DNA of 63,025 bases, counting the filler, from Saprolegnia diclina VS20 (Eukaryota): the NCBI RefSeq assembly GCF_000281045.1. It is 7 parts of 2 records of this genome, joined end to end, with 100 filler letters (N's around TTAATTAATTAA, not from the genome) between each part and the next. Parts side by side here need not be neighbours in the genome. Positions count along the whole stretch, not along the records: positions 11,052 to 32,664 come from NW_008246111.1; 6 more parts are not named here. The stretch is one strand, 5' to 3'. Position numbers and translations under genes: made by a program. Under the pieces are notes generated by a model. That model ran no database searches. It was not told the origin of the DNA and saw only the letters and a program-made list of their open reading frames with translations. This document shows, piece after piece, positions 11,494 to 24,719 of this stretch; positions within the stretch are counted from its first letter, which is position 1; every line of letters starts with the position of its first letter.

Positions 11494-14188
11494 ACTTCAC
11501 AGTTGTGACCATTGCTCATGGTCACTGAAGTAATCTTCCGAACGGCGGTGCTGTCATGCTACCCGGTAGCATTGCGGGCTGTGTCAAAGTCGATTTGAAA
11601 CTCGACTGGCATGGTTTCTATTGGCTCAATCTCAATTTTAAATTCTTTATAGCCAATCACAAGACTACGGTTATATAGTGTGCGTTTCCACTGCACCACA
11701 ACGACGAATCGCAGCCCACAGACTCGCCAACCCCACGATGCAGATATGTAGGCCTCTCTACACACTCACTGAACGGCGTACATGTCGTTTCCGACGCTGA
11801 ACGTGGCGTAATCACGCGTAAATCCATTTTCAGTTTTTGAGGTGGTGGCACAATTGCTCAATTACATTACATGACATCGCGGGGTTTGAAAGCTCCAAGG
11901 ACCCCAATTCTGGCTGCCACAGTTGGCTATGGATCTTGACCCGATGTGCGACCAGTTTGTTGGGCCGCGCCGTTGCTTGGGCGCTCACACCAAACTCAAA
12001 CTGCCGAGCGTCGGTTTTCCCAAAATGCGGCACGATATTTCGATTGAAAATAGGTTGAAATCGCGGAAACTGAGGACGCCATCTCGTTTTGTTGATGTTG
12101 AAGAGCGTGTTTCATGTGGCCGAGGAAGACATCGCGCCTGCGATATGCCCCGTAATGAGCAGCCTAATGAGGCCTGCCAGCGTCGTACAGTATTTCAGTG
12201 TAACAAAATACACACTATATGCTAGCCAATCACCAGTGTTCTTGCCATTTCAAGTTTTTGTGGGCCATCGTCGCGCACCGCCAGCACGTACGTGGCAAGC
12301 CGTGCGCAGGCCTCGGGCCGCGGGCTCATGCAACGTTGATGTAGGCGTGGCGCAGCTACAGCATCCGTGACGAGCCACCGATGCGGCCCTAGGGCGGAGC
12401 CCTGGCCAAATTTTTCGACGGCCTCTCGCGCATCGGCCACCCTCCAACCCTCCGTGAGATGCGCTTGTACAAGTTCCCAAGACCTGCGACGACGCTGGGA
12501 GCGACGCCACGATATCTAGCATCGTGAGCGCCACGGCATCATGCGCTTGCGCGTCCAGATCGGCCAGCGCTACGGCCGCATTCGACCTACGGCGGGTCGC
12601 GCGCTCGTCACTGCCGCCACACTACGTACATCTCGGGCGTCGACGCGCGACTCGTGTCTCGGCCCGAAGCTGCATGCGGTTGGTCGCGCCGGCCGTCGCG
12701 CGCTGCACTCGAGTCCGTCGCCATGCCGAGTCCTTTCCCTTCTTCGTCCTCCATGGCCGACTGCTGGTGGCAACCGTCGACACGCACTACTGACGGCGGC
12801 AAGACATGTGTCTTTGCAATGAGCCACACAGAGATGCCAGGGACATCAATAGTCCGCAACGACGGCCTTGCCGTTACTCACGGGAACGAACGCTACGACA
12901 AGAAGAATTTATTATTTTCTCTGCTCATATGTCATTTTCCATGTCGCCCGCCGTAGCGGTGCATGGCCAAAATGTAGAAAATGTTGGAGAATGCTGGGAT
13001 TATTTTCAACGGCCCANNNNNNNNNNNNNNNNNNNNNNNNNNNNNNNNNNNNNNNNNNNNNNNNNNNNNNNNNNNNNNNNNNNNNNNNNNNNNNNNNNNN
13101 NNNNNNNNNNNNNNNNNNNNNNNNNNNNNNNNNNNNNNNNNNNNNNNNNNNNNNNNNNNNNNNNNNNNNNNNNNNNNNNNNNNNNNNNNNNNNNNNNNNN
13201 NNNNNNNNNNNNNNNNNNNNNNNNNNNNNNNNNNNNNNNNNNNNNNNNNNNNNNNNNNNNNNNNNNNNNNNNNNNNNNNNNNNNNNNNNNNNNNNNNNNN
13301 NNNNNNNNNNNNNNNNNNNNNNNNNNNNNNNNNNNNNNNNNNNNNNNNNNNNNNNNNNNNNNNNNNNNNNNNNNNNNNNNNNNNNNNNNNNNNNNNNNNN
13401 NNNNNNNNNNNNNNNNNNNNNNNNNNNNNNNNNNNNNNNNNNNNNNNNNNNNNNNNNNNNNNNNNNNNNNNNNNNNNNNNNNNNNNNNNNNNNNNNNNNN
13501 NNNNNNNNNNNNNNNNNNNNNNNNNNNNNNNNNNNNNNNNNNNNNNNNNNNNNNNNNNNNNNNNNNNNNNNNNNNNNNNNNNNNNNNNNNNNNNNNNNNN
13601 NNNNNNNNNNNNNNNNNNNNNNNNNNNNNNNNNNNNNNNNNNNNNNNNNNNNNNNNNNNNNNNNNNNNNNNNNNNNNNNNNNNNNNNNNNNNNNNNNNNN
13701 NNNNNNNNNNNNNNNNNNNNNNNNNNNNNNNNNNNNNNNNNNNNNNNNNNNNNNNNNNNNNNNNNNNNNNNNNNNNNNNNNNNNNNNNNNNNNCTCACTT
13801 GCACAATGCTCGGCGCGCGCCGCAATCTCGGGCGCGTCCATGAGCGCGCGCTCGGCACGGAGCTTGATGTTGAAAATGGGCTCTTGATTAGGGCAAAAAT
13901 CAGTGGCACAAGCGGACCCGAGTTCTCGCGCACGGTTCGGGGCGATCCGAGGATCCCACATAGTATTTTGAGCTCTCCAAAGCATGGCTTACCACTCTCG
14001 CAAGTATGGGCGATTTCATCTCAAACTCCATTTTGGTCGATCTGTGGAGGCCGCCAGCGTGCGCCACCCTAAATCTGGCTATTTGAGGTAGTCAATGGCG
14101 AACGCCAATAATAACGGCCAAGACCGAAAGACGGCAGTTTGCCTCTGTTCCGCGACCACGACCAAGTTAAATAGTACGCGGTATTCCA

Positions 14189-17100
14189 TTACGATGCTAC
14201 CAAGCCGTCTCTGTCGTCTCTGTCGTCTCTGTCGTCCAAGAGCTGCACAATGTTGCGCAGCTGATACTCGACGACACGGTGCGCATCCGAGTCGAGGCGC
14301 GTCGCGGCGCTCGTTGCTGCGTCGCGTAGCGTCGCAGACCACTCGGCATTGGTTTGAAGAAGCGCGAGCGCGCGCTGGTTGTTGTACAGAAGCCACCACA
14401 CGGCGCAGGACGCGTGGAGCGCAACGATGACGTCGGGCGCCGCGACTAGTGCAACGAGCGCCGCGAGCACCGACTGCCACTGGATGAGTGCGTTCTTGCC
14501 CATGGGCGCACACGCCATGTGACGCACCCAGCGCGTCGTTGTCTGCAGCACGGAGGGCGCCGCCAAGAGGTCGGCAAAGATGACATGCAGTCGCGTGCTG
14601 CTGCCGAGCTCAGCCCGGCCGTCCTCGACGCTGGCGACGTTGGCCAAGACGTCGACGAGCGGTCCGACAGCGGCAATCGAGATCGTCTTGTTGCCCTTGG
14701 CGATCTGCCGCAGCGTCTCGTCGAGCGACGCGACTGCTTTTGCGAGGAAGCCGCGCTTGATGGCCGCGAGGACGCCGTCGGCGTGCAGCACGAGCGCTTT
14801 GAGCAGCGAAAACACCTGTGGTGAGGCCCCATTCCTTGCGAGGGCCGTCTCCCAGAGCTGCGCGTAGAACGCGCCTTGGGCGATGGTAGCGCGCTTCGAG
14901 CTGTCGTTGGCACGGACGTAGTTGATCAGCAGCGCAAGTGCCGATGAAGCCACTGGTGCGTGGACCGTCGGCTTGCAAATCGTCGAGTAGAAGTTGGCCA
15001 CGTGCCGCGGGAGCTCCAGCGCCGTCGCGTCGTCCTGCGCACTCTTCGAGGTGAAGAAAAGTCCGGCGAGGAGACTGGCGTAGAGCACAAAGCTGTCGGA
15101 CGCCGAGACACCGCGCAGTCGCATCGTGTCGGCGGCGACGAGGAGCCGGCGCCAGGCCACGGCCACGAGGTTGTGTGTGGGCGCCATCGGTACCTCACCC
15201 GACTCGGCGATCGACGTGAGGATCGATGCGAGCGGTGCAGGCGCCACCTCTGTGTGCACGAGGAGGGCGACGACGTGGTCGCTAAGGGTCGAGAGCTTGG
15301 TGGTTTGTTGCGGCAACAGCAGCGGCAGCATGCGCGGGAGCAGCGCCGCCATGGGCGCCAAGAGACGTTCGAGGAGCGCGCGGTCGGCAAAGCGATCCGA
15401 CGTCGCACGTAACAGTGCTTCGAGTAGCTCCGAGAGAAAGGACGCTGGCAGGTGCAGCGAGCTCTCGGCCAAAAGGACGCTAAGAACGCTGAGCACGTCG
15501 CCCAGAAGAGCTGTGTAGTGCGCATCGAGTGGTCCCGACCAGACCAAGACGGACGACACCGCTGGCAAGAGCGATGCCTACACGAAACTGTGACATCGTA
15601 TCTTGAGGTAGTCGGAGGTACCACTGACGGACGTGGCGCGACCGAGAGCAGCAGGAAAGACGCGGTGCGTACACTGAGCATCGCGTCTGCTTGGTGTGAC
15701 GTCGTCCAGGCCTCCTAGAACAACAGGATATAACCTCTAGACCGAGACAAACTTGAGATACCGTGATGAGATCACGGAATGCGGAGCGTTTGGTCTCCGA
15801 GAGGCCGAGGACCGAGTGAGCAAACCGGCTGCAGACGTCGACCGGTGTCGCCATCGACAAGAGCTACAATATCAGTGTTGACGCCAAAGATGCAAAGCAA
15901 TGCGTACCAATGGCCACGGCAACGAGGGCAAGCTCGGGTCGTTGAGAGGCACGAGCCGCAGCAGGGCGAGCGTGAGCGCTGGCGCCAACGTCGTCGTCTC
16001 GTCGACGAGCAGTTTTCGGACCGGCGCCGTGTAAAGTGCGCTCGCACGAGCCACGACGGCACCCGCGGCACGGCGAACCGCGGCGGCTTCGGTGGCGTCG
16101 CCCACCGTATCGAGGGCCAGTTGCGCCAGCGAGGCCTCCGTCTCGGCGCCCGAGGCCACGAGCATGTAGCCGAGGGTTCGCAGTCGGCCATCGACGTCAA
16201 ACAATACACTGCGCGCGGTGGCCACGACGTCATCGTCGGTGGGCAGAGCCAAGAGGCACTCGAGAGCGTGGAGCACTCGCCGCTTGTCCTGGAACGAGTC
16301 GGCGCGTCGGTGCGGGCGCAGCACACTGAGAAGCACGGGGCGCAGCGTCTCGGACGCAAAGCGATGCCACGCCTCGGCGTCGACGCCCGCGACCTGCGTG
16401 AGCCGCGCCACGAGCCGCAAACAGACGCGCTGCACCGGAAGCGCGACGGCTGCGTCGACGGCAACGCCGACCGTGAGAAGCGCCGTGGCATGCACGTTCG
16501 TATCGATGAGGAAGGCAGCGACAAACCGCGCGAGGTCGACGGACGCTTCGGCCATCGCGAGGAGCAAGCCCATGGTCGCGTCGAAAAGCGGCGCGTTGGA
16601 CGCAAGACACTGCCGGAGCAGCGGCGCCACGTGCACCTTGAGGCGCAGCAGCAAGGTCAGGAGGAGCGACGAGCCGAGATGTGGCGTCACACTGGCAAAG
16701 CACCGGAGCAGCGCGGCGAGCACGAGCAGGTCCTTGGCACTGCACGGGTACGTCTCGAGAAGACGCAAGAGATGCTGGCCGTGCGAGTCGACGACCGGCG
16801 CCCACACCGTCGGGTCCAAGACAAGCCACCACCGCAAGTTGTACAGGAGGTGCAGATACGACCGGTGCGAAGACGCCGATGCGAGTGCTTCGAGGTGCGC
16901 GCGGACGTGCGTCGGTGTCCACTCGGCCGCCATAGGTCGCTGCAGAGGCAGAGGGGACGCGGGTGCTGATGCCAGTAGCGGCGTCGGGCAAAGCGAGTCA
17001 ATGGACGTCCAGACGCTCGCGTGCAGACCAAATGTGGGCAAGAGCATCGACGGCATCGACGTCACGTAGTCCTCTTCGAGCGTCCAAACGTCCCGGGCCA

Positions 17101-19402
17101 TCGTGATGTACGCGAGGCAGCAGTACGCGCCAGCACGGAGCTCGGGGTTGGTCTCGACATTGGCGCATAGGAAGAGCGCGCGGAGGCCGTCGACCTGCGC
17201 TCGAAACCACTTGCGCGCAAAGCTCGACTGCGACAAGAGCCGATCGAGCACCAAGACGACTTTGGGTGCCATCCATGCGCTGGCGTCATCGAGGAGCTGC
17301 ACCAGCGTCGGCAGCAGCTCGGCGAGAAGGCCGGCGTCGGCGAGGACGTCGGTGGCGCCACCGACGCGGTACAATCGCTCGGCGGCTTGGGTGAGCACGG
17401 ACGCCTTGATGTTGGCTTCGAGCGACGTCGAGCGCAGCATGAGCAGCCACATGTGCACCTTCTCGACCAGCTGCGATGACGACGCATGGCCGAGTCGACC
17501 AGAGTGGTGTGCTCTTGCGTAGGCTTGCAGCGCGGGCTCCGTGTCGTCGCCGCCAAAGACGTCGTCGTCGACCGCCAAGCTTAAAATCTCGTTGAGGCCC
17601 ATGACGGCTGCCCGGCGAACGTAGTTGGATCGGTGGAAGAGACACCGGAGGCGCAAGACGACGTCGTCCGCCATTGCGACAGCAGGCAGCGCATGAAGCA
17701 GGCGCGCCCAGGACTCTTGGACGTCGCCGTGGTGGCGCGAGATGGGCACCTCGGCGTACGCCCAGTGCTGCAGGTACGGCCACATGACGGGCGGAATGTC
17801 AGAGCCGAGCCGGGTCCAGCATCCATCAAGCAGCGTCCAGAGCGCTTCCGCCGCCGGGTCAACCGCGAGGCGTTGACACAGCCCGTGCAGAATGCCTTGT
17901 GCAGTTAAGAGCCCGCCAAGAGGCCCTTCGACGTACGCCAGGACCGTCTCGTAGTGACCGTTGACCTCGACACAGCGCTGGCCAAGGGCCTCGACGAGCT
18001 CTTGCACCGCGAGTGAGAGGTCTGGCTCGTCGGCGGCAAGGCCAATGACGTGTGCGATCGCACCGAGGAGCGACTCTCGGCGGCCATCGTCCGCGACGAC
18101 TAGATCGAGCAGCTCGCGGGCTGTCGCGACGGCGCTCGCCGCGTCCCACGTCGACGTTGATCCATCGAGACGGGCGCTGACCGACGCCAAGAACGGGTCG
18201 CACTTTTTTTGCAGCGCCGAGAATCGCACGTGACGCGCCATCGTCAACGCCACCTCGGGGCGGCAGGCGACAACGTACGGCAGCAGTTGCTCGTCGCCGG
18301 TGACAAGTACGTGCGACGCAAGCTCGTCGACGAGTCGGTCCGGCACTGTGATAACCGACGGGTGCAGCTCGGACGGCGTCAACTGCTTGAAGACATCGGT
18401 GACCCAACGGACGAGAGGCGTGACGACGTGCTTGTCGACGTGTGGCGCAAGTAGCACGTTTGCTATCGCGTGGAAGAGCCGCGTGAAACGACGAGCGTCC
18501 AGACCAATGTCATCGGCGTCGCGAAGCCATGCCGGTGCGACAGCGACGACAGCGGCGACGAGGTGGACTTGCGGCGCCGTCGGTTGCGCGAGCGCGACGA
18601 GCCAGTGGACGACGACTTCGTGGAGCCCGCCCGCGAGCGACCAGCTGCCGACCACCGGTGCGCCGGCAGGAGAAGGGTACCGGGACGTTTGATGCGGCGA
18701 GGACGGGGCCGTGTACGTTGCATGCGCAAGGAGGCGGCACGACTGCAGCCATCCGGCCGTGAGGTCGCAAAGGACGTCGAGGACGGTCAGAAGAAGCGTC
18801 GCCGGCGTCGACGTCTTGGGATAGTCGTAGTAGACGTCGCCAAAGCCCGCGGACGGCTCGAGAAGCGGCGTCGCGACGAGGTGCAAGAGGTATTGGAGCG
18901 TCGCCGGGCGCTGCAGAAAGACTTCGGGCGGGAAGTCGATGATCGCAGAGTCGCGCAGCCGCCGCACGACGCTAAGCACATCCATGGGGCGCGCCTGGAG
19001 CTTGAGCTTCACCTCGAGCTCGAAGAGCAGCTTGTCGTCGGCCTCGGCGAGCACGACGGGCGGGAACGTCCAGCCACGCGCTGTGTCGGTCGGCGGCTCG
19101 GCCAGCGCTGGAGCCTCCTTGACATCCTCTTGAGGTTGAGCTGGCGCTAGCTTCAAGCTACCCAGCGTCGCGCGCGGGCGTGTGGCCGGCGCCGGGGCGT
19201 TGAGCTGCTGCAGGAGGGTCGCGGCCTGTGGGTAGTCGACGGCGAGAGCCGGCAGGCTGTCAGCGAGCATGGACCGAAGCGCCTGCGGGAGCGCCATCGG
19301 CGCCGGCCAGAGCCCACGGGTGACCTTGGTCTCGATCGTGTGGAGGGCGCGGACGCGGATCTCCTCGATCGGATGCGCAAGCTTGCGCACGACCGCCTCC
19401 AT
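14189..19402 (-). CDS. RTTN: Rotatin (centriole/basal-body armadillo-like protein)
   Basis: N-terminus MEAVVRKLAHPIEEIRVRALHTIETK and DFPPEVFLQRP match rotatin motifs. Three short introns (approx. 15864-15907, 15715-15771, 15578-15621) join the 1183-aa and 459-aa ORFs. Confidence 0.85.
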
Positions 19403-19636
19403 GGTCTTTAACCTCAAACTCACGCGTTAAAGTGGGGAGGGGGTCTATTTCAACGAGTTAGGTCCCCTCCAAAGCAATATATACCAATTCGTTGCACATC
19501 ATTGCCGTTTCGGTAGCACCCCCTACTGTATCGTGCTCGACCCGGTCCATTGACTCGGGTAGCTCGATCAAGTACGTGTCGGTTAATCCGCACTTTGGCC
19601 GTGTACTCGGTAAGCTCCAGTCAAGTTTGCATTGCC
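19403..19636. promoter_or_regulatory. Short bidirectional promoter between RTTN and NOL8
   Basis: 234-bp divergent intergenic region; CCAAT near 19484; Inr/FPR-like CCAGTCAAGTTTGC at 19617-19630. Confidence 0.5.
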
Positions 19637-22066
19637 ATGGTCCAGCGGCTCTACGTGGGGCGGCTGCCCGAGGATGTGACCAAGGCCGAGCTCGTCTCGC
19701 GCTTCGAGCGCCTCCTCGCCAACAACGCTGACCTGCGCATCGACGACGTCCAGCTCATGGCCAACTCGGCAGCCAAAGACTTTGCCTACCTGCAGATCGC
19801 TTCGGCGTCCGGCGATGCGGCCGCCGAGACCGCGACCGTCGACGCCTTTGTCAAGGCGTACCACAACACCAAGTGGAAGGGCAAGCGGCTGCGCGTCGAG
19901 TCGGCCAAGCCCGACTTTTTGCAGCGGCTGCAGGCGGCGTGGACCGACGACGAGGTCGTCAAGGCCGAGGTTCTCGCCGAGCGTGAGCGCGCCTTTGCAC
20001 CCGCCCAAAGCGACGAAGCGCCGGCAATGGAACTCAAAAAGTCCAAGCGCTACAAGGGCAAGCGCATGCTCTTTGGCGACGACGGCGTCGTGACGATCGT
20101 TGCGTCCAAGGCGCCCGTGGTGGCGGCGGTCGTGGCCGAGGCCCCGCAGTCGGACAGGGAAGCTGCCGACGAAGACGACGGTCACTTGAGCTCCGAGACT
20201 TCGGACGACGACGACAAGAGCGATGATGAGGTCGCCTCGGCGGACGCCATCGACGCAACCAACGACGACGACGTCGCGATGGAGGCTGAGGTTGAAGCGC
20301 CGGTCGCCGACGCCGAGTTGAGCTCCGAGACGTCGGACGAGGACATTGACGCGCCCGAGGATGGGGCCATGAGCTCCGAGACGTCGGACGACGAAGCCGA
20401 AGAAGAAGGCGACGAGCAAGAAGATGCGGATGCGCCTGTCGACGACGTGGCGGACGAAGACGAAGCGTCGCCGGCCGATGACATTGACATGGAAGCGGAG
20501 ATCGAGCGGGAGCTGGAGCTCGCCTACGCCCAGGCGCAAGCCGCGTCCAGCAGCAGCAGTGACAGCGACAGCAACAGCGAAGACAGCGACAGCAACAGCG
20601 AAGACAACGACGAAGATGTCGATATGGAGGCCGAGATCGCCAAGGAACTCGAGGCGCCCGTCGAGGTGACGCCTGCTGCGCCTGTCGTGGACGAAGCCGC
20701 GCGCAAGGAAGCCGCGAACGCTCGTCGTCTCGCGGCCATCAAGGAGCGTGAGGCGCAAATGGCGGCGAAGAAGAAGCAGCCGACGCCGATCGCGGCCACG
20801 AACAAGAAGATCACGTTTGGCGACGACTCGGACGACTCGGACGTCGAGACCACGTCGACGCCGGCGCCGGCGCCGTCCAAGAAGCGCGGGTTCCTCAGCG
20901 ACTCGGACGACGATGATGATGACGATGACAAGGACGACGACGATTTCCTCGGACTCAAGCGGCGCAAGACGGAAGCGCTCTTTGAGTTCCGGCCCGAGTT
21001 TGCCGGCGCGGACGGCAAGCGGCTCTTTGAGATGCAGAAGCGGTTTGGCGGCGACCAGCGTTTCCGCCTCGACGCGCGCTTCGTCGAAGGCGACGAGTTC
21101 AACGACGGCGTGGACGACGCGACGCACGACGTCGACGAGCCCGTAAACGACGCGGTCCAGGCATGGGCCACCGTCGCGCCGGACGCCGACGAAGTCGCCA
21201 AGCAGACGTACATTGCAGAGACCGAGCGCGCCCTCGACGTGCTCTCGCTCGTCTTCCCCAACATGGAATTGGAGCGCGCGAAGGCCCGCTTGCACCGGTC
21301 CGTCTCGGACGCCAAGGACCTCAAGCAGCTCGGCTGGCTCGCGTCCGTGCGCCGATATGACCCGCGCGACGCCGACGCCAAGGCGTTCGAACAGACGGCC
21401 CCGACCGACGCTGAAATCGCCAAGGACAATGACGACGACGACGACGATGGCGAAGTGTTGCCGCCGATGCCAGTCCGGAAGGAGACGCCGATGCCCGAGG
21501 TGTCGGAAGAGCGATACTTTGCTGCGACGTCGGACCTCTCGACCATGTTCTCGCGCGTCCGCGCCAACTCGGAGGACGGCGAGGAGATGGAGGCCGCGCT
21601 CGATGGTATCGTCAAGCCGACCGCGGCCGCGTCGACCGGCTTCAGCTTCGCGTCCATGTTTGGCGGTGGCGACGTCATCGAAGACGATGACGACCATGTC
21701 GACGCCAAGCCGCTCGAGGAGAAGCCCGACCTCGACGAGTCGACGTGGCACTTTGCCAACACGGTGCGCAAGGTCGTCCAGGACGACAGCACGGACGACG
21801 AAGCGATGGAGGAGGATGACGAGGCGGAAGACGAGCCGGCGACGGCGACGGACGCGCTCCCGAAGCGGCAGGTGGCCGACGTGCTGGCGTTTGGCGCAAG
21901 CTTTTGCAAGCCCGACCCGTGGACCAAGACGCACGAGGCTGACTGGATGACGCTGCGCAAGACGTATACGCTCGACTTCCGGCGCAAGCACAAGCAAGCG
22001 CTCAAGAACAAGAAGACGATGAAGAAGCAGTTCCAAAAGCCCCGCCACAAGACGACTACGGCGTAG
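19637..22066 (+). CDS. NOL8: Nucleolar protein 8-like (N-terminal RRM, acidic middle)
   Basis: RLYVGRL..YHNTKWKGKRLRVESAKPDFLQRL RRM; conserved GKRLFEMQKRFGGDQRFRLDARF; basic C-terminus. Confidence 0.85.
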   Translation: MVQRLYVGRLPEDVTKAELVSRFERLLANNADLRIDDVQLMANSAAKDFAYLQIASASGDAAAETATVDAFVKAYHNTKWKGKRLRVESAKPDFLQRLQAAWTDDEVVKAEVLAERERAFAPAQSDEAPAMELKKSKRYKGKRMLFGDDGVVTIVASKAPVVAAVVAEAPQSDREAADEDDGHLSSETSDDDDKSDDEVASADAIDATNDDDVAMEAEVEAPVADAELSSETSDEDIDAPEDGAMSSETSDDEAEEEGDEQEDADAPVDDVADEDEASPADDIDMEAEIERELELAYAQAQAASSSSSDSDSNSEDSDSNSEDNDEDVDMEAEIAKELEAPVEVTPAAPVVDEAARKEAANARRLAAIKEREAQMAAKKKQPTPIAATNKKITFGDDSDDSDVETTSTPAPAPSKKRGFLSDSDDDDDDDDKDDDDFLGLKRRKTEALFEFRPEFAGADGKRLFEMQKRFGGDQRFRLDARFVEGDEFNDGVDDATHDVDEPVNDAVQAWATVAPDADEVAKQTYIAETERALDVLSLVFPNMELERAKARLHRSVSDAKDLKQLGWLASVRRYDPRDADAKAFEQTAPTDAEIAKDNDDDDDDGEVLPPMPVRKETPMPEVSEERYFAATSDLSTMFSRVRANSEDGEEMEAALDGIVKPTAAASTGFSFASMFGGGDVIEDDDDHVDAKPLEEKPDLDESTWHFANTVRKVVQDDSTDDEAMEEDDEAEDEPATATDALPKRQVADVLAFGASFCKPDPWTKTHEADWMTLRKTYTLDFRRKHKQALKNKKTMKKQFQKPRHKTTTA

Positions 22067-22505
22067 GGATAGGTGTAGAACCATGTGTAAATTATCTGCT
22101 CTCGATGCACCGTGTGCTGTCTACAAACTAGTAGACAATATCGAAAGACGTTATAGTGCACTACTGGTATCTAGCCATCTCGGTCGCCGCCACCAAGCGC
22201 ATCAACCTTTGTCGTGGTCGGCGGAAGCAGGTCGCGTCGACTATCGAAGTAAGACTTACTACACGAAGTTCGAAGCAAAGAAGCAGCGAATCAGAGGCTG
22301 GCAATCATATCTTAGTGTGGACCAAGGGAAATGTGGCGACGAAGCCAGCGACGCCAAGAAGAGCGAAGCGGACGTCTGTGCGCTGACGACGTCGTCGGTA
22401 GCGTCGGTTCTGCAGCCAGAGAAGAGAGTGCGCCACAGAATACGGTGTACGTAGTGTATGTAAGGAGGAATTCTATGGATTAACATGGGAAAATAATGCA
22501 TTGGT

Positions 22506-24719
22506 TTACTTCTTGGACTTCTTCTTCAGGCGCGCCTCGGCAAACTTGTTGGCCATGAAGCGAGCCTGCTTGGCCTTGGGGTTCAACACCGTCGGCTTGC
22601 CGGGCTTGTTGCCCTTGCCCATCGGCTGGTTTTTGCCCTGGATCTTCTTGGCCGCAGGCGCCGCCGGCTTGGCAGCAGGCTTGGCAGCAGACTTGGCAGC
22701 GGGCTTGGCGGCCGGCTTGGTCGCCGTCTTTTGCTGCTTCTTGACGGGCTTGGCTTCCACGACAGGCTCCTCTTCTTCGTCCTCTTCTTCTTCCGAAGCC
22801 TCTTCCTCCTCAGCTTCCTCTTCGTCTTCCGAAGCTTCTTCCTCGGCCGCCTCTTCTTCCTCGGCGTCGTCCTCGCTGGCCTCGACGGCGACCTCGTCGT
22901 CGCTGTCTTCTTCCACGACCGTCGCGACGACGGCGTCGGCCGCCTTCTTGTTGGCCTTCTCGAGCTGGCGCTTCTGGCGCTTGGAGAGCACCTTGGATTC
23001 GTTGTCCGAGTCGTCCTTGTCGTCGTTCTCGTCGTCCGAGCCGTCGTCCGGCTTGGCGTTGGCGTACTTTTTGAACTTGGCCACGTAAAAGCCATCCATG
23101 TTGTGCACGTGCGGGTAGAAGCGGCGCGTGAGCGTCATGCTCGGGTGGAAGCGCTGCTGCTGGTAGCGGGTGAAGCCGGGCTTGCCGTGGTCGAGGCCGC
23201 AGTCGACGAGCTTGACCGCGCGCTTCTTGAGCGCATACTCGACGACCGCCTCGTTCTCTTCGACCATGACCGAGCACGTCGAGTAGACAATGATGCCGCC
23301 CGACGCGCTCTTGGCGTCGACGGCGTCGATGGCCGCGAGGATGAGCTCCTTCTGGAGGTGCGAGAGGCGGAAGACGTCCTTCTCCGTCTTCTGCGTCTTG
23401 ATGGACGGATCGCGGGCAATGACACCCATGCCCGTGCACGGCGCATCGAGGAGGACGCGGTCAAAGCCGGTGAAGACGCTCGGGAGCTTGCGGCCGTCGT
23501 AGTTGGAGACCGCGCAGTTCTTGACGCCGAGGCGGTGGAGGTTGGCCACCGTCGCCTTGAGGCGGTTCTTCTTGAGGTCGTTGGCGATGAGCGTGCCCGA
23601 GTTGCGCATGAGCTGCGCCACGTACGTGGTCTTGCCGCCCGGCGCGCAGCACATGTCGAGGATGCGCTCGTTGGCTTCGGGGGCGAGCGCAAGCACGGGG
23701 CCAAACGACGACGCCGACTGCAGCATGTAGTGGCCAGAGAGGTACTCGGGCGTCGCGCCGATCGGCACCGGCGAGTCGTAAATCTTGAGACCGACCTTGG
23801 ACCACTTGGCGAGCGGGTCGAGGTTCACACCGCGCTGGATGAGCGCCTGGGCGAGGTCGCGCCGGCGCGTCTTGAGCGTGTTGGCGCGGATGACAAGCGG
23901 ACGCGGCTGCTCGTTGGCCTCGATGAACTCGAGCGTCTCGGCGGGCGAGAACATCTGCATGAAGAGCACCATGAGGTCGCGGTTGTAGCCAAAGTACGAC
24001 GCCATGTCGGTCGTGAGCTGGTCAATGTACTCGGAGCGGCTGCGGTGCGCCTCACGGCGCTCCTTGAAGTGCGCAAGGACTTCAATGACGTCCTTGATTC
24101 GCTGGTAGACGTCCGTCGCGTCGATGCCGCCGGCCTCGTCGTCGTCCTCGTCGTCTTCGTCCGGGAGCTCGTACTTGCCTTGGTTGGCGAGGTTGAGCTG
24201 CATCTCTTCCTCGGCGTCCTCCTCGTCCTGGGCCTCCTTGGCTGCGAGGCGAGCGGCCTTGCGCTCAAACTCGGTCATGTTCTCGTCGTCCGAGTCTTCA
24301 TCGTCCTCGTCGTCGCTGCCAGCGTTCTATAACATCGTGAGCTGCCTGCAGTTGCATGTGGCAGCGGTGGTTACCTTGGGCTTGAGCCACTTGGCGTTAC
24401 CGTCCGAGAAGCCCTTGGGCGCCGCATCGTCGTCGTAGTTGTCATCATCGTCGTCTTCGTCATTGTCGTCTTCGTCAACTTCCTGCTCATCTTCCGAGAC
24501 CTCTTCTTCGTTGTCGCTGGCCATGGGCTCATCTTCCGACTCGGACTCGGGCACGACGACCTTGGCAGCCTTCTTGGACTTGGCCGCGATGGCTTCGTAC
24601 TTGCCCTTCTTGGAGACCGGCGCGGGCGCGTCGAGCCTAGGCCATCATGAGCTACGTGGTCCGGCGGCTCGGTAGACCTACTTGCGCTTCTGCGTCGTCT
24701 GCTGCTTCTTGGCGGCCAT
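22506..24719 (-). CDS. NOP2: 25S/28S rRNA cytosine-C5 methyltransferase NOP2/NSUN1
   Basis: IGATPEYLSGHYMLQ, DMCCAPGGKT, DAPCTG, YSTCS, RRFYPHVHNMDGF; introns 24637-24681 and 24327-24374. Confidence 0.95.

Noticed and set aside
12806..14072. ORFs of 330-360 aa
   Set aside because: Consist mostly of an N gap
19583..24332. Long antisense or overlapping ORFs (833, 545 and 533 aa) over NOL8 and NOP2, and similar shadows over other genes
   Set aside because: Expected from strong GC3 codon bias; no recognisable motifs
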